Sequence record: MZ326168.1
Reading direction: 5' to 3' (one strand)
Origin: Salmonella phage NINP13076
Length of the DNA stretch: 40,000 nucleotides
Every line of letters begins with the position of its first letter. Position 1 is the first letter of the stretch. Of the stretch, positions 25,349 to 34,711 are shown piece after piece. Below the pieces are notes generated by a model. It did not search any database. It worked only from the letters and a program-made list of their open reading frames with translations, and had not been told where the DNA came from. A program made the position numbers and the translations under genes.

Positions 25349-25710
25349 TCGCCTGTCTCCATTTGTTTTGGTGTTAAGGTCTTCACCTGCATATCATCAA
25401 CTGGTGCAAACCCCACTACTGGTTTAAAGCACCGTTCTTTCTGTGCATCGAACACATAGAATGATGCCACAGCTTCAGGTTTTGCACAAGTGGTCCAGTG
25501 ATTTTTATACATGCGATAACCATCACTATAAGTTGACAAGGCATTAAATAGCGTACCAACTACCACAACCAGCATTAAATATGCCATAACTTTATACTTC
25601 CATGTTTCCCTGAAAGATAAGACAGTGGCCCAAACAAACATCGTAATATAAAGGGCAGTACCCGGCACCCAGTTATTGTGCATCGTCAACCATTCCCAAA
25701 ATCCAATCAT
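25339..25710 (-). CDS. Membrane protein, hypothetical
   Basis: Hydrophobic segments; ORF overlaps pnuC. Confidence 0.6.
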   Translation of the reverse strand: MIGFWEWLTMHNNWVPGTALYITMFVWATVLSFRETWKYKVMAYLMLVVVVGTLFNALSTYSDGYRMYKNHWTTCAKPEAVASFYVFDAQKERCFKPVVGFAPVDDMQVKTLTPKQMETGEWL

Positions 25711-26415
25711 TACATAGCTCCTTCGTTTTTACGCCATTTGTAGGCACCATAAATAGAGTTTAACAGGAAAGTGATCCACATTGCAAGTACCGCCCACCCC
25801 TGAGTTTCATGGTGGAGCGCTGTCTGAATCCACAAAGTGACTGCGACTACGTTCACAATGATCCACACGTACCACTGTTCTGCATAACGTACCATCATCA
25901 GATAGGTTGCCAGAACAGAGAGGATCGCTGTTGCGGAATCCAGTCCAGGCATACTTCCTTTCAGAAGGCTTACAAATTCTGCATACAAGGCGATCACAAC
26001 CAACGTTCCAATCCCAACCAACCACCGCTGCTTTGTGGTGAGGTACTTTTTGATAACATCCGCACGTTCACCGTCTTCAGAGACAGTCAGCTTTTTCGCC
26101 CAGATAATCCCACCTATCACCTGCATCGGAGTAAATAGCAGAGTGTACATGATCGTCTCTCCGTACAACTGATAGGTGTACGAGATGTATGCGTACAGCA
26201 CCGTGGCAATGAAGCCCCAATAATAACTGGAAAGTTTACCTTTTGCAACAAGGATCGCTCCGATAATACCTGTCACAGACGAGATAAATTCAATAACCCC
26301 ACCGCCCATGATGATCGACACGAGAGCGATGGAGGCTGAACAGATGAACAGCCACAGATATTCAAGTTTCGACCAACCATAGCTACGACCAGGTACAGTA
26401 CACCAAATAAAAGGA
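25710..26415 (-). CDS. pnuC: PnuC-like nicotinamide riboside transporter; extreme N-terminus probably missing
   Basis: WSKLEYLWLF...GGVIEFISSVTGIIGAILVAKGKLSSYYWG...YGW-type membrane fold; region before GRSYGWSKLEYL lacks a natural start. Confidence 0.8.
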
Positions 26416-26676
26416 AACAAGGCAAAAGTTCTTGTTGATTCGTGGCCCAACCACCCAGATCCTGACCACAGATATTCGATGTCCAAATGGAAATCTGGAC
26501 AGTGCATGATCAAGGCCAACGAGCCTACAGGTTGGTATCCGGACGAGGTGGTTTTACTGATCCAAGAGATCATCCGTTTGAGAGATGAGTCTGTTTTTCT
26601 TGAAGACAAGATCAAGTACCAGAATCTACTCAACTATTGGGATAAGAATCGTCCAATGAATCTTGTTTGTTCGTAA
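26415..26676 (+). pseudogene. C-terminal fragment of an unknown coding sequence (KVLVDSWPNHPDPDHRYSMSKWKSGQCMIKANEPTGWYPDEVV...)
   Basis: Frame stays open upstream of the ORF-track Met at 26479 into the pnuC junction. Confidence 0.45.
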
Positions 26677-26684
26677 GGAGAGAT

Positions 26685-27746
26685 ATGAAAACTGTTGATT
26701 TAATGCGCTGCTACTCCGGTAGCCTTGCATATGGGACAAACCTCCCAACATCCGATGTTGATATTCGCGGTATTTTCTGTGCAGAGATGAAATTCATCCG
26801 TACCCCGTTCTTCAACATTAAGGAGCAAACACTTGCAGATGAGGAAGATGGTAAGATCTATGAGTTGACCAACTTTATGAAGCTCTTTGTGGAAATGAAC
26901 CCCAACATCATTGAACTGATGTTTGTTGATGAGGGCGATATTCTACAAAGCTCGGATGCTTATGACTATTTACGAACAATGGCACCAGAACTGTTGTCAA
27001 GCAAAGTGGCATTCAGCTTCTCAGGTTATGCGATGGCACAGCTAAAGCGCATTCGCGGTCATGATAAGTGGATCAGCAACCCACAACCTCAAGAGAAGCC
27101 GACGCAGAAGGAGTTCTTCCGTCTCGTGCATAATTACAGCGAGCATCCGCTGCTGAAGCATGAAGATTTCATGAGGGCGCTTGACAACCTGAACGATTTC
27201 TGTATCCTTGTCCCATATGGCAACGATGTTTATGGAGTTATGGAGAACTTCGATAGCTCTGGCCTGTTCAACAGTGACGGATCGATTCGTAAAATCGATT
27301 ATCAACAGTTGAGTGATTCTGACAAGAAGCGTAAACCTTTGTTTATCGTAAAATATTTGGCAGAAGAACACAAACAGGCAAAAGAGAAGCATCGCAACTA
27401 TTGGACATGGAAAGAGAACCGTAACGAGGCTCGTCATGAACTTGAAGTTCAGTACGGATACGATACAAAACACGCAATGCACCTTGTGCGCTTGATGCGT
27501 ATGGCTGAAGAGATCCTTACCGATGGAAAAGTTCTCGTGAAGCGTCCTGATGCACAGGAACTGCTGGACATTCGTGGTGGGAAGTGGACTCTTGACGAGC
27601 TACTCTCTTGGGCTGATGAAAAGGATCGCTACATTCGAGAGGACCTGTATAAAAAGACAGACCTTCCGAGAACAACCGATCTCGACTTGGCTGCACGGGT
27701 GTTAATGACCGCACAGGACATCTGTTGGGCGAAGATCGATGATTGA
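26685..27746 (+). CDS. Pol-beta superfamily nucleotidyltransferase, RlaP/YcgL-like
   Basis: CYSGSLAYGTNLPTSDVDIRGIF; start MKTVDLMR with RBS GGAGAG. Confidence 0.8.
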   Translation: MKTVDLMRCYSGSLAYGTNLPTSDVDIRGIFCAEMKFIRTPFFNIKEQTLADEEDGKIYELTNFMKLFVEMNPNIIELMFVDEGDILQSSDAYDYLRTMAPELLSSKVAFSFSGYAMAQLKRIRGHDKWISNPQPQEKPTQKEFFRLVHNYSEHPLLKHEDFMRALDNLNDFCILVPYGNDVYGVMENFDSSGLFNSDGSIRKIDYQQLSDSDKKRKPLFIVKYLAEEHKQAKEKHRNYWTWKENRNEARHELEVQYGYDTKHAMHLVRLMRMAEEILTDGKVLVKRPDAQELLDIRGGKWTLDELLSWADEKDRYIREDLYKKTDLPRTTDLDLAARVLMTAQDICWAKIDD

Positions 27747-27948
27747 AGCCATTGTAGGATTGTTAGGTGTTCTGTACGCAATTGTTGCAGTGGTGTATTC
27801 TGTAAAGATGGAGAACGATAAAGTTCTCCGCCAGGTATACAAGGCCAGAACAGATCATGATTGGTCGGAGATATGCTTCGCAGTCGGTTTTGCATGGCCC
27901 CTTGCTGCCCTGTTTCATTATGTAATGAGGAGACGAAATGAAAATTGA
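27739..27948 (+). CDS. Small membrane protein
   Basis: Overlapping ORF. Confidence 0.55.
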   Translation: MIEAIVGLLGVLYAIVAVVYSVKMENDKVLRQVYKARTDHDWSEICFAVGFAWPLAALFHYVMRRRNEN

Positions 27949-28104
27949 AGAATTCATTGAGAAGCAGAAGGAATTGCTTGAGCAATATCGTCAGGACTAT
28001 AAAAACGACCATGAGAAATCACCAGAGGAGTTCCCTGAAGAAATGGACGGGATTGGTGAGTGGGTGAGTGACTTCTCTTGCTGGCTTGAATTGAAGGAGT
28101 TGGA

Positions 28105-28335
28105 ATGAGCTACGGACTTTTAACTCCAGAGCAGGCTGAGATCCTGAAGAAGATGTTCTCCATACCTACCTCCGTTGGTGATGACCTTAAAAAGGTTGGT
28201 GAACTTGTTGGTGTAAATTCAAAATGCCTTCATGACGCATGTCCACAGTGCGGTGGCACTGGTATTCGAAAAGATGGTGGTTTATGTTTCCACGGGTTGT
28301 CTTGTCCATGCGATAAGTGCTCTGTAAAGTGTTGA
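28105..28335 (+). CDS. Small protein with zinc-finger-like Cys motifs
   Basis: CPQCGGTG...CPCDKCSVKC. Confidence 0.6.
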   Translation: MSYGLLTPEQAEILKKMFSIPTSVGDDLKKVGELVGVNSKCLHDACPQCGGTGIRKDGGLCFHGLSCPCDKCSVKC

Positions 28336-28416
28336 TTAATCTGAAACATGCTGCACCTATGTATAATTGAGGCTATCCGTGATAAAATGGTGGTTAATAA
28401 TATGATAGGAGGTAGT

Positions 28417-28905
28417 ATGTTTCAGAAATTGGTTCGAGAACACCCTACCCTACAAGAGCACTGGCACACCCTGCTGGAAAAGGGTTTTATAGAAAACTCA
28501 AAAGGTTGTATCGCACTTGTTCGTAAATATGCTGCGGATGAACGAGTTCTTATTATCAGGGATGCTAAAAACAGCATCCTTTATACCATTCGTGTAGGGC
28601 GACTGGAAGTAACTCGTGGAGTAGATTCGCAAAACCCAATGACATACACATTCCGTGTCGGTGACATGGGTAAACTTGACACAAGGGACCTTGAAGAGGC
28701 TTTTGACCATTATGAGGGGTTTGAGAGCGCCATAAGAGACCTTTACAGGACTATCGACAGAGTAATAAACGAGCACAAGAAGTCGCTTGGGTGGGGTTAC
28801 CGTATAAAAGACTGGTTCAGAAACCCTCCAAACAAAATATTCTTCGCAGTGTTTATTATTTATACAATTATCAGCATTCTTGTATACTTTTATCCATTAT
28901 TTTGA
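28417..28905 (+). CDS. Hypothetical protein with C-terminal membrane segment
   Basis: MFQKLVREHPTLQEHWHTLLEKG...FFAVFIIYTIISILVYF; RBS AGGAGG. Confidence 0.6.
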   Translation: MFQKLVREHPTLQEHWHTLLEKGFIENSKGCIALVRKYAADERVLIIRDAKNSILYTIRVGRLEVTRGVDSQNPMTYTFRVGDMGKLDTRDLEEAFDHYEGFESAIRDLYRTIDRVINEHKKSLGWGYRIKDWFRNPPNKIFFAVFIIYTIISILVYFYPLF

Positions 28906-28914
28906 GGAGATTTT

Positions 28915-29185
28915 GTGAGAGACAGAGGAGATTACTACAAAATGTACGCTGCCCGTAGACGGGAAATAGATCGCTTGCGTCGTTCCACACCAGAGGGTAA
29001 GGCACGGCAGCTTCAGATCCGCCTTGACCGTATTGAGGCAGAAAAACGTGCAACTATGAACAGTGAATGGGACATCTTCGTCAGGGAAGAGGCCAACACT
29101 CTTTGCAACGAGAGGATGCGTGAAACGGGCATCCGTTGGGAGTCCGACCACATGCTGCCCCTCCGTGCAAAGATTGTTTCTGGCC
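28915..29185 (+). pseudogene. HNH endonuclease fragment, C-terminus missing
   Basis: ANTLCNERMRETGIRWESDHMLPLRAKIVSG, then abrupt switch to ATPase-coding DNA in another frame. Confidence 0.65.
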
Positions 29186-30337
29186 TTGGTAAAGTTCTGC
29201 CAACGTCGCAACAAGGCGCTGATGATGTTTGGTGGTGCTGGTTTGGGTAAAAGCCAAATCATCAAGCAGGTTGCGAATATGCTGTTTGGTGAACGAGACG
29301 ATAACCTTGTAGACTTCCGTCTTGCAGATAAAGAGCCATCTGATGTGGTTGGGGTACAGATCCCTGTGACGGATGACAATGGGATCACCCGTACAGTTTA
29401 CGCTATTCCTGACTTCTGGCCTCAAGATCCGAACTGGAAGGGTATTGTTTTCCTTGATGAACTGCTTCATGCGGAACCTTATCTTCAGAAAGTCGCATAC
29501 CAGATTATGCTTGATCACCGTATCGGAACATACAATTTCCCGAAAGGTGCGATCTTTGTTGGTGCTGGTAACCGACCTGGTGATGGTACTGCGGTAAGTA
29601 TGCTTGAAGCACCTCTGGCTAACCGTATGGTGCTGGTTGAACTGGATTATGATGCAAGCGTATGGCTGCAAGACTATGCACTGCATAACGATGTTCACCA
29701 CAACGTTGTTGCGTTTATTGGTGCAAACCCAGGTAAACTGGAAAACTATGAGGAGATGCTTGGAATCAACTCCCCTTCATACGCAACACCACGCACATGG
29801 GTTACTGCCAGCGATGCATTGTACGACTACGACGCAGGGCTTCTGTCTGCTCGTCTGACAAAAGCTGCCCTTCAGGGTTCCATCGGCAAGCCGCTAACTG
29901 AAGAGTTGTGGTATTATCACACCCGTGTTGCGAATATGGTCCCGATTGAATCCATCATGGATGGGTCTATTACGAAGCATACAGGCTCTGATGCATCCGA
30001 TGTGTTGTGGACTCTTGGTTCTCAGGGTTCGATCTGGTTGCGTAAAGCAATGCAGAACACGAATTATACCGACGACCAGATTATCGAGTTTGCTTCAAAC
30101 TTCCTGAAGTATATGTATGAAAACTTTGGTAAACACGACACATCCTCTAACCGTGACTTTGTGAGTTCTATCTTCCTGTCTTTCATCCAGGAAAACTCGT
30201 TCGGTAAGGCGATCCTTCGTGACGGTAATCGTGAGCGTTTACCTGCTAAACTGCTGGCAAAATACCCAGTTGTAATGCAGATCATCCAAGAGTACAACGC
30301 TAACTTTGGTGAAGATGTTGATAAAATAATCGCATAA
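29186..30337 (+). CDS. MoxR-like AAA ATPase, N-terminus missing at the junction
   Basis: KALMMFGGAGLGKSQIIKQ; GIVFLDELLHAEPYLQKVAYQIML; VGAGNRPGDGT; no natural in-frame start downstream of the junction. Confidence 0.75.
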   Translation: MVKFCQRRNKALMMFGGAGLGKSQIIKQVANMLFGERDDNLVDFRLADKEPSDVVGVQIPVTDDNGITRTVYAIPDFWPQDPNWKGIVFLDELLHAEPYLQKVAYQIMLDHRIGTYNFPKGAIFVGAGNRPGDGTAVSMLEAPLANRMVLVELDYDASVWLQDYALHNDVHHNVVAFIGANPGKLENYEEMLGINSPSYATPRTWVTASDALYDYDAGLLSARLTKAALQGSIGKPLTEELWYYHTRVANMVPIESIMDGSITKHTGSDASDVLWTLGSQGSIWLRKAMQNTNYTDDQIIEFASNFLKYMYENFGKHDTSSNRDFVSSIFLSFIQENSFGKAILRDGNRERLPAKLLAKYPVVMQIIQEYNANFGEDVDKIIA

Positions 30338-30340
30338 GTG

Positions 30341-30369
30341 TTGACAGCCTCTTCGGGGGCTGTTATTCT
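30341..30369 (+). promoter_or_regulatory. Sigma70-like promoter TTGACA-N17-TATTCT whose spacer forms a hairpin
   Basis: TTGACAGCCTCTTCGGGGGCTGTTATTCT; ACAGCC...GGCTGT stem; upstream of 30402. Confidence 0.55.
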
Positions 30370-30401
30370 TTGTGCATACAAACAAAGAGAGGATATACTC
30401 A

Positions 30402-30599
30402 ATGTCTAAATTAACATGGGAACAGGCTGTTGGTGCGATGGTAGAGGGTAAACGTGTTCGCAACGAACATTTCACCGATGATGAATTCTTCGAAATAAAG
30501 GATGGCAAGATTGTTTGTGAGATGGGTTATCCTATGGCAAGATGGTATCGTGGTGAACCGTGGCAAGATAAGGGTTGGAGTGTGATCGAAAATGTGTAA
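30402..30599 (+). CDS. Hypothetical protein (DUF2829-like: MSKLTWEQAVGAMVEGKRVRNEHFTDDEFFE)
   Basis: ORF downstream of promoter. Confidence 0.6.
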   Translation: MSKLTWEQAVGAMVEGKRVRNEHFTDDEFFEIKDGKIVCEMGYPMARWYRGEPWQDKGWSVIENV

Positions 30600-30777
30600 A
30601 CACAAAAACATAGTGAAGGTTGACCACTCAAAGCCTGGTGCATATGGAGATTCCATCTGTAAAGACTGTGGCCTGGTGTTTCACAACGCGTGGCCTGTTG
30701 CAGTTTTGATCTTTGGCCTACCTTTAATTTTTTCTATACTTGCTCTTATTGGGCTTCTCTTTGGTGACAAGGTATGA
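30592..30777 (+). CDS. Small Cys-containing membrane protein
   Basis: CKHK...CKDCG plus hydrophobic C-terminus. Confidence 0.55.
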   Translation: MCKHKNIVKVDHSKPGAYGDSICKDCGLVFHNAWPVAVLIFGLPLIFSILALIGLLFGDKV

Positions 30778-30977
30778 GTGGATGGATTAAAACACCAAAC
30801 GGAGCAAAAGACATTCCTGTCGGGGACTGGTGTGTAGTAATGGAAGATGGTAAAATTGGTTACTGCAAGGCAAGAAAAGGGGCTAACTGCACCATCCATA
30901 TTATAAACGGAAACTTCCACTTTGATCGCGCTCCAGTCATAGCTTATCAACCATTTCCTGATTTACCGGAGAGTTAA
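30774..30977 (+). CDS. Hypothetical protein
   Basis: Overlapping ORF. Confidence 0.55.
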   Translation: MSGWIKTPNGAKDIPVGDWCVVMEDGKIGYCKARKGANCTIHIINGNFHFDRAPVIAYQPFPDLPES

Positions 30978-31152
30978 TGGCTAAGTTTAAGTTTCCGAAG
31001 AAAGACCTCAACGAGGTTTGGTGGGTATCACGCTTCGACATGGTGGTGGCAGGATATACTTATCGTGGTCACCGTGTCTTTACAGTACATGCAAAAACAA
31101 AAGAAGATGCCCGTGAAAGTATGCAACAATTTATTGAAAGGAGTTGTGAATA

Positions 31153-31662
31153 ATGATTGAATTAAAACTGGACACAGCGGCAGTAGAAAAACTTTTTCCT
31201 GAAGGGACAGAGCTTCGTGTCAATCTGCAACAAGCTGTGGTAAACAATATCGCCAAGCGTATTCTTGATCGTGATATATCGGTTCGCCTAGAAACGATGA
31301 TCCGTACCCATGTAACACATGAGTGTGGCATGATGAATCTGGACACCTTGGTTAAAAATGCCCTCGATGCACATCTTGAGAAAACAGGGTGGCACGATTT
31401 CCGTCTTAAAGACAGCACTACAGGGCAGATCCGTGACTTGGTTAAGAAAAAGGTAGAACAAATTGCAGATTCTGAGATGAGAAAGATCATTAACGACAAC
31501 CTTTCCCGCTCAACTAATACAATGAAGGACACGTTAGACCGCCATATCGACTTCGCGCTTCAGGATGTAGAGAAACACATCTCCACACGTCTTAACCAGA
31601 AGTTCGCGGCGGTTGTTGATGCTGCAATCGCTGCCAAACTCGGCATGGAGGTGAAGAAATGA
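31153..31662 (+). CDS. Hypothetical protein
   Basis: 169-aa ORF. Confidence 0.65.
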   Translation: MIELKLDTAAVEKLFPEGTELRVNLQQAVVNNIAKRILDRDISVRLETMIRTHVTHECGMMNLDTLVKNALDAHLEKTGWHDFRLKDSTTGQIRDLVKKKVEQIADSEMRKIINDNLSRSTNTMKDTLDRHIDFALQDVEKHISTRLNQKFAAVVDAAIAAKLGMEVKK

Positions 31663-31749
31663 GCTTCAAATACATGTTTTACGCTTTTTGCCTCGGAGTT
31701 CAAGTGCCAGTTCTTTCTGGTATGCTTTACGCAACGTCTTCTTGCTCAT

Positions 31750-32223
31750 CTACTTCTCCTCTTTCCATATATCATTTATTTTAACCCACATCTTTTGGTT
31801 GTCAGAACCTCTGAACCTTTTGGATGTAGGATTAGCCTGATCATACTTGCCATCCATAATAATGTCAACAAGTTTCTTTATTCTCTCAGGAACCTCCTCA
31901 AAGAGATATCCTGTCCAGATCATTATATCTTTAGTATCGTCATAAACTGACCTAACCTTGAGAATTATTTTTGTAACCTGTTCTATGTTTTGGGGGTCTA
32001 ATGGCTCACCACCAAGTATCGACAAGCCTTTCACAAAGGGACGGCCCAAATCAGCTATAATCCTGTTAAGATCCGCATCTGTGAATTCATTGCCATAACT
32101 GTATGACCAAGCTTTCTGGTTAAAGCAGCCACGACAACCGTGACTGCAACCACTTACCCATACCGAGCAACGGACTCCATCACCATTCACCAGGTCTGTT
32201 GGTTCATACCCGCAAAAGTTCAT
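31750..32223 (-). CDS. nrdG: Anaerobic ribonucleotide reductase activating protein
   Basis: CSVWVSGCSHGCRGCFNQKAW radical SAM motif; LSILGGEPL. Confidence 0.93.
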   Translation of the reverse strand: MNFCGYEPTDLVNGDGVRCSVWVSGCSHGCRGCFNQKAWSYSYGNEFTDADLNRIIADLGRPFVKGLSILGGEPLDPQNIEQVTKIILKVRSVYDDTKDIMIWTGYLFEEVPERIKKLVDIIMDGKYDQANPTSKRFRGSDNQKMWVKINDIWKEEK

Positions 32224-33802
32224 ACATGTTTTGTCCTCTGCAAAACTTCCTCCATCTTGCCTTTGTTATAAGGGCGCGAGTTCGGGGCGGATAGGTATCC
32301 TGAAACTCTTCGGATAACAGAGATTGTCCCTTCCTCATGGTTGTGACAGGACGGACATTCAAAACCCTTCGCTGTGGCTTTAAACTCACCACTAAAACCA
32401 CATTTAAAACATTGATCAACTGGTTGATTTATGCCAAAGTAATGAATGTTTTGATAGCCATAATCTATCAATGTCTCCAGAGCTTTGAGGTTATTTTTAA
32501 GGTTCGGAGTCTCTACATAACCGATGTTCCCACCATTACTGATTTGAGCAAAGCCAGACTCATACTCCCACTTTTGGAAAGGGTCTGTTTCTAACCACAC
32601 TGGTTGGTGGAAAGAGTTAGTCAAGTAATCCCTGTCAATAATTCCAGGGTGCCTTTCTTTAAGTTTTGTTGCAAACCTGTAACAAAGGCTCTCTGCTGGA
32701 GTTCCATACAGACTAAAACCTAATCCACTCCGATGTTTAAACTCGGCACAGATATCCTTCATATACTTGAGGATATTCATCGCCATTTCTTTACGGATTG
32801 GCTCATCGTAGAGGATCTCTACAGCCTCATACAGACCAACATAACCAATACTGATTGACGCATAACCATTAAAGAAAAGCTTGCTGATCTTCTCATCCGG
32901 GCCTAACCTTGCCAATGCTCCTTCCATGAAAAGAGTTGGGTTCTGCGATGCTGTGACATCCATCAGTCTCGACACTCTTAACATATGTGCATCATAAGCT
33001 GTCTGCATGTGTTTATCTAACAACTCGGTAAAGAAACCCTTACCTGCCTTAGCCTCGGCAGCAATCATTGGTAAGTTTAATGATACCACGCCAAGGTTGA
33101 AACGTCCATCGTACTTTTCTCCATTTTCAGTAGTATAGTGAGACAGGAAGCTCCTGCAACCCATGCTCGTTACCTTACCGTCAGAAGATCCTGTGACTTG
33201 CATATTTAAAGGTACAGAAATGAAATCTGGATAGATTCTTTCTGCACAACATTCCATCGCCAGTTGCTTAAGATCATAATTCGGATCACCCGGCTTCATG
33301 TTCACACCTTCCTTCAGGAAGAACACAACTTTAGGGAATACCGGAGTCACACGATCTGCACCAAGACCTTCTTTGTGTATTTCAAGGTAACTCTTAGTGA
33401 TCATCCTTCCAAAAACAGATGTGTCAAGACCAAGGCTGATGGTGATGAATGGAGATTGTCCATTAACACTCATAAGGGTGTTCACCTGATACAGCAATGT
33501 CTGCATTGCATCATGCACATCAGATTCTGTCATCTTCAGTGCAAGGTCTCTTGCAGGACAACCATACTGTTCTTTGGTCTTCATCATATTCTTGTTAAAA
33601 CTGGCAATCACATATTGCTGAAGCCCCTCGTCGATATGAGCACAAGTCTGCCCACCATATTGGCTCGATGCTACAGCCTGGATGATCTGTGTCAGGACAG
33701 TTGTTGCCACGCCAATTGATTTTGGCTTCTCAATTTTAGCATTGCCGATTTTGAAACCATTTTCAAGCATATCACGATAATTAACCAAACAGCAGTTTGT
33801 TC
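32220..33802 (-). CDS. nrdD: Anaerobic ribonucleoside-triphosphate reductase, N-terminus missing
   Basis: TNCCLVNYRDMLENGFKIGNAKIEKPKSIGVA...; CFKCGF..CPSC; RVSGYL glycyl-radical region; lacks the usual N-terminal portion. Confidence 0.92.
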
Positions 33803-34284
33803 CAGCACAGGAGCTTGCCCTTGCTATCAAGATTGCAGCGGAAGGGCATTTAAACCAGAAGGATAAGGGCGGTAATCCTTATATTTTACATCCGTTGAAG
33901 GTTATGCATTATCTGAAAACAGATGACTTTCAACTGATGGCTATTGCAGCACTGCATGATGTTCTGGAAGATACCGATGTTACGGCTTCTGATCTGGTAC
34001 TCCTTGGCTTCTCTAACCGTGTGAAGGATGCTGTTGTTCTCCTGACTAAGAAGGAGGGACAGTCACCGGATGAATACTTCCAGGGTATTGCAAGCAACTA
34101 CGATGCAATCCGTGTGAAGCTGGCTGATCTGCGACACAACTCTGATGTTCGCCGTCTGAAAGGTCTTGGCGATAAAGATCTTCTTCGTATTCGTAAGTAT
34201 CAGGAAATGTACACGAAGCTTCTGAAGATTAAAACGTTCCACGAGAGCATCCTTGAAGTGACCACAAGCAGAATTTCCTCATGA
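33802..34284 (+). pseudogene. RelA/SpoT-type HD hydrolase, start codon missing
   Basis: AQELALAIKIAAEGHLNQKDKGGNPYILHPLKVMHYL...AALHDVLEDT...VKLADLRHNSD. Confidence 0.7.
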
Positions 34285-34502
34285 ATCTCTTGACACTGCT
34301 CCGCACAAATAAGTATACTCAGAAGCAGATGGGGTTCCTGTTGGGAATCCCTGAGTGGAAGGTCAGTAAGTACGTTCTCAAACTGGAGAAACGAGGTTAC
34401 ATACAGGTGCATCGTCGTTATAAACTTAGCGGTCCTGTGTCAAGACCTTTTTGTGTTTACGATCAGAACCTTTACAAAGTGACTCTATACAGGAGTAAAT
34501 AA
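34281..34502 (+). CDS. Small HTH-like protein, left arm only
   Basis: YTQKQMGFLLGIPEWKVSKYVLKLEKRGYI winged-helix-like pattern. Confidence 0.6.
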   Translation: MNLLTLLRTNKYTQKQMGFLLGIPEWKVSKYVLKLEKRGYIQVHRRYKLSGPVSRPFCVYDQNLYKVTLYRSK

Positions 34503-34711
34503 TGGCAAGAAACGAAGGATACACCCACAAAGGTACAGTCAAGAAACCATCCCTCGGTTGGTCTTGGTCTGAAAAGCTGCGTGAAACAAATCGCTACTGG
34601 ATGTCTTATCAGCATTCAGAAACTGGGAAAATTGTTAAATACCGTAAAACTGACGGCAAGGTCTTGGGTGGTAATGACTATCTTGACCTTAATTCTATTA
34701 GGGAGCTTTGA
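34502..34711 (+). CDS. Hypothetical protein, left arm only
   Basis: Overlapping ORF. Confidence 0.55.
   Translation: MARNEGYTHKGTVKKPSLGWSWSEKLRETNRYWMSYQHSETGKIVKYRKTDGKVLGGNDYLDLNSIREL

Noticed and set aside
26430-26633. N-terminal 60+ residues of the supplied PnuC ORF
   Set aside because: Antisense to a more plausible plus-strand coding fragment; not PnuC-like.
29063-29185. N-terminus MNGTSSSGKRPTLFATRG... of the supplied 424-aa ATPase ORF
   Set aside because: It is an alternate frame of the HNH coding sequence; only the part after about 29186 is ATPase-like.
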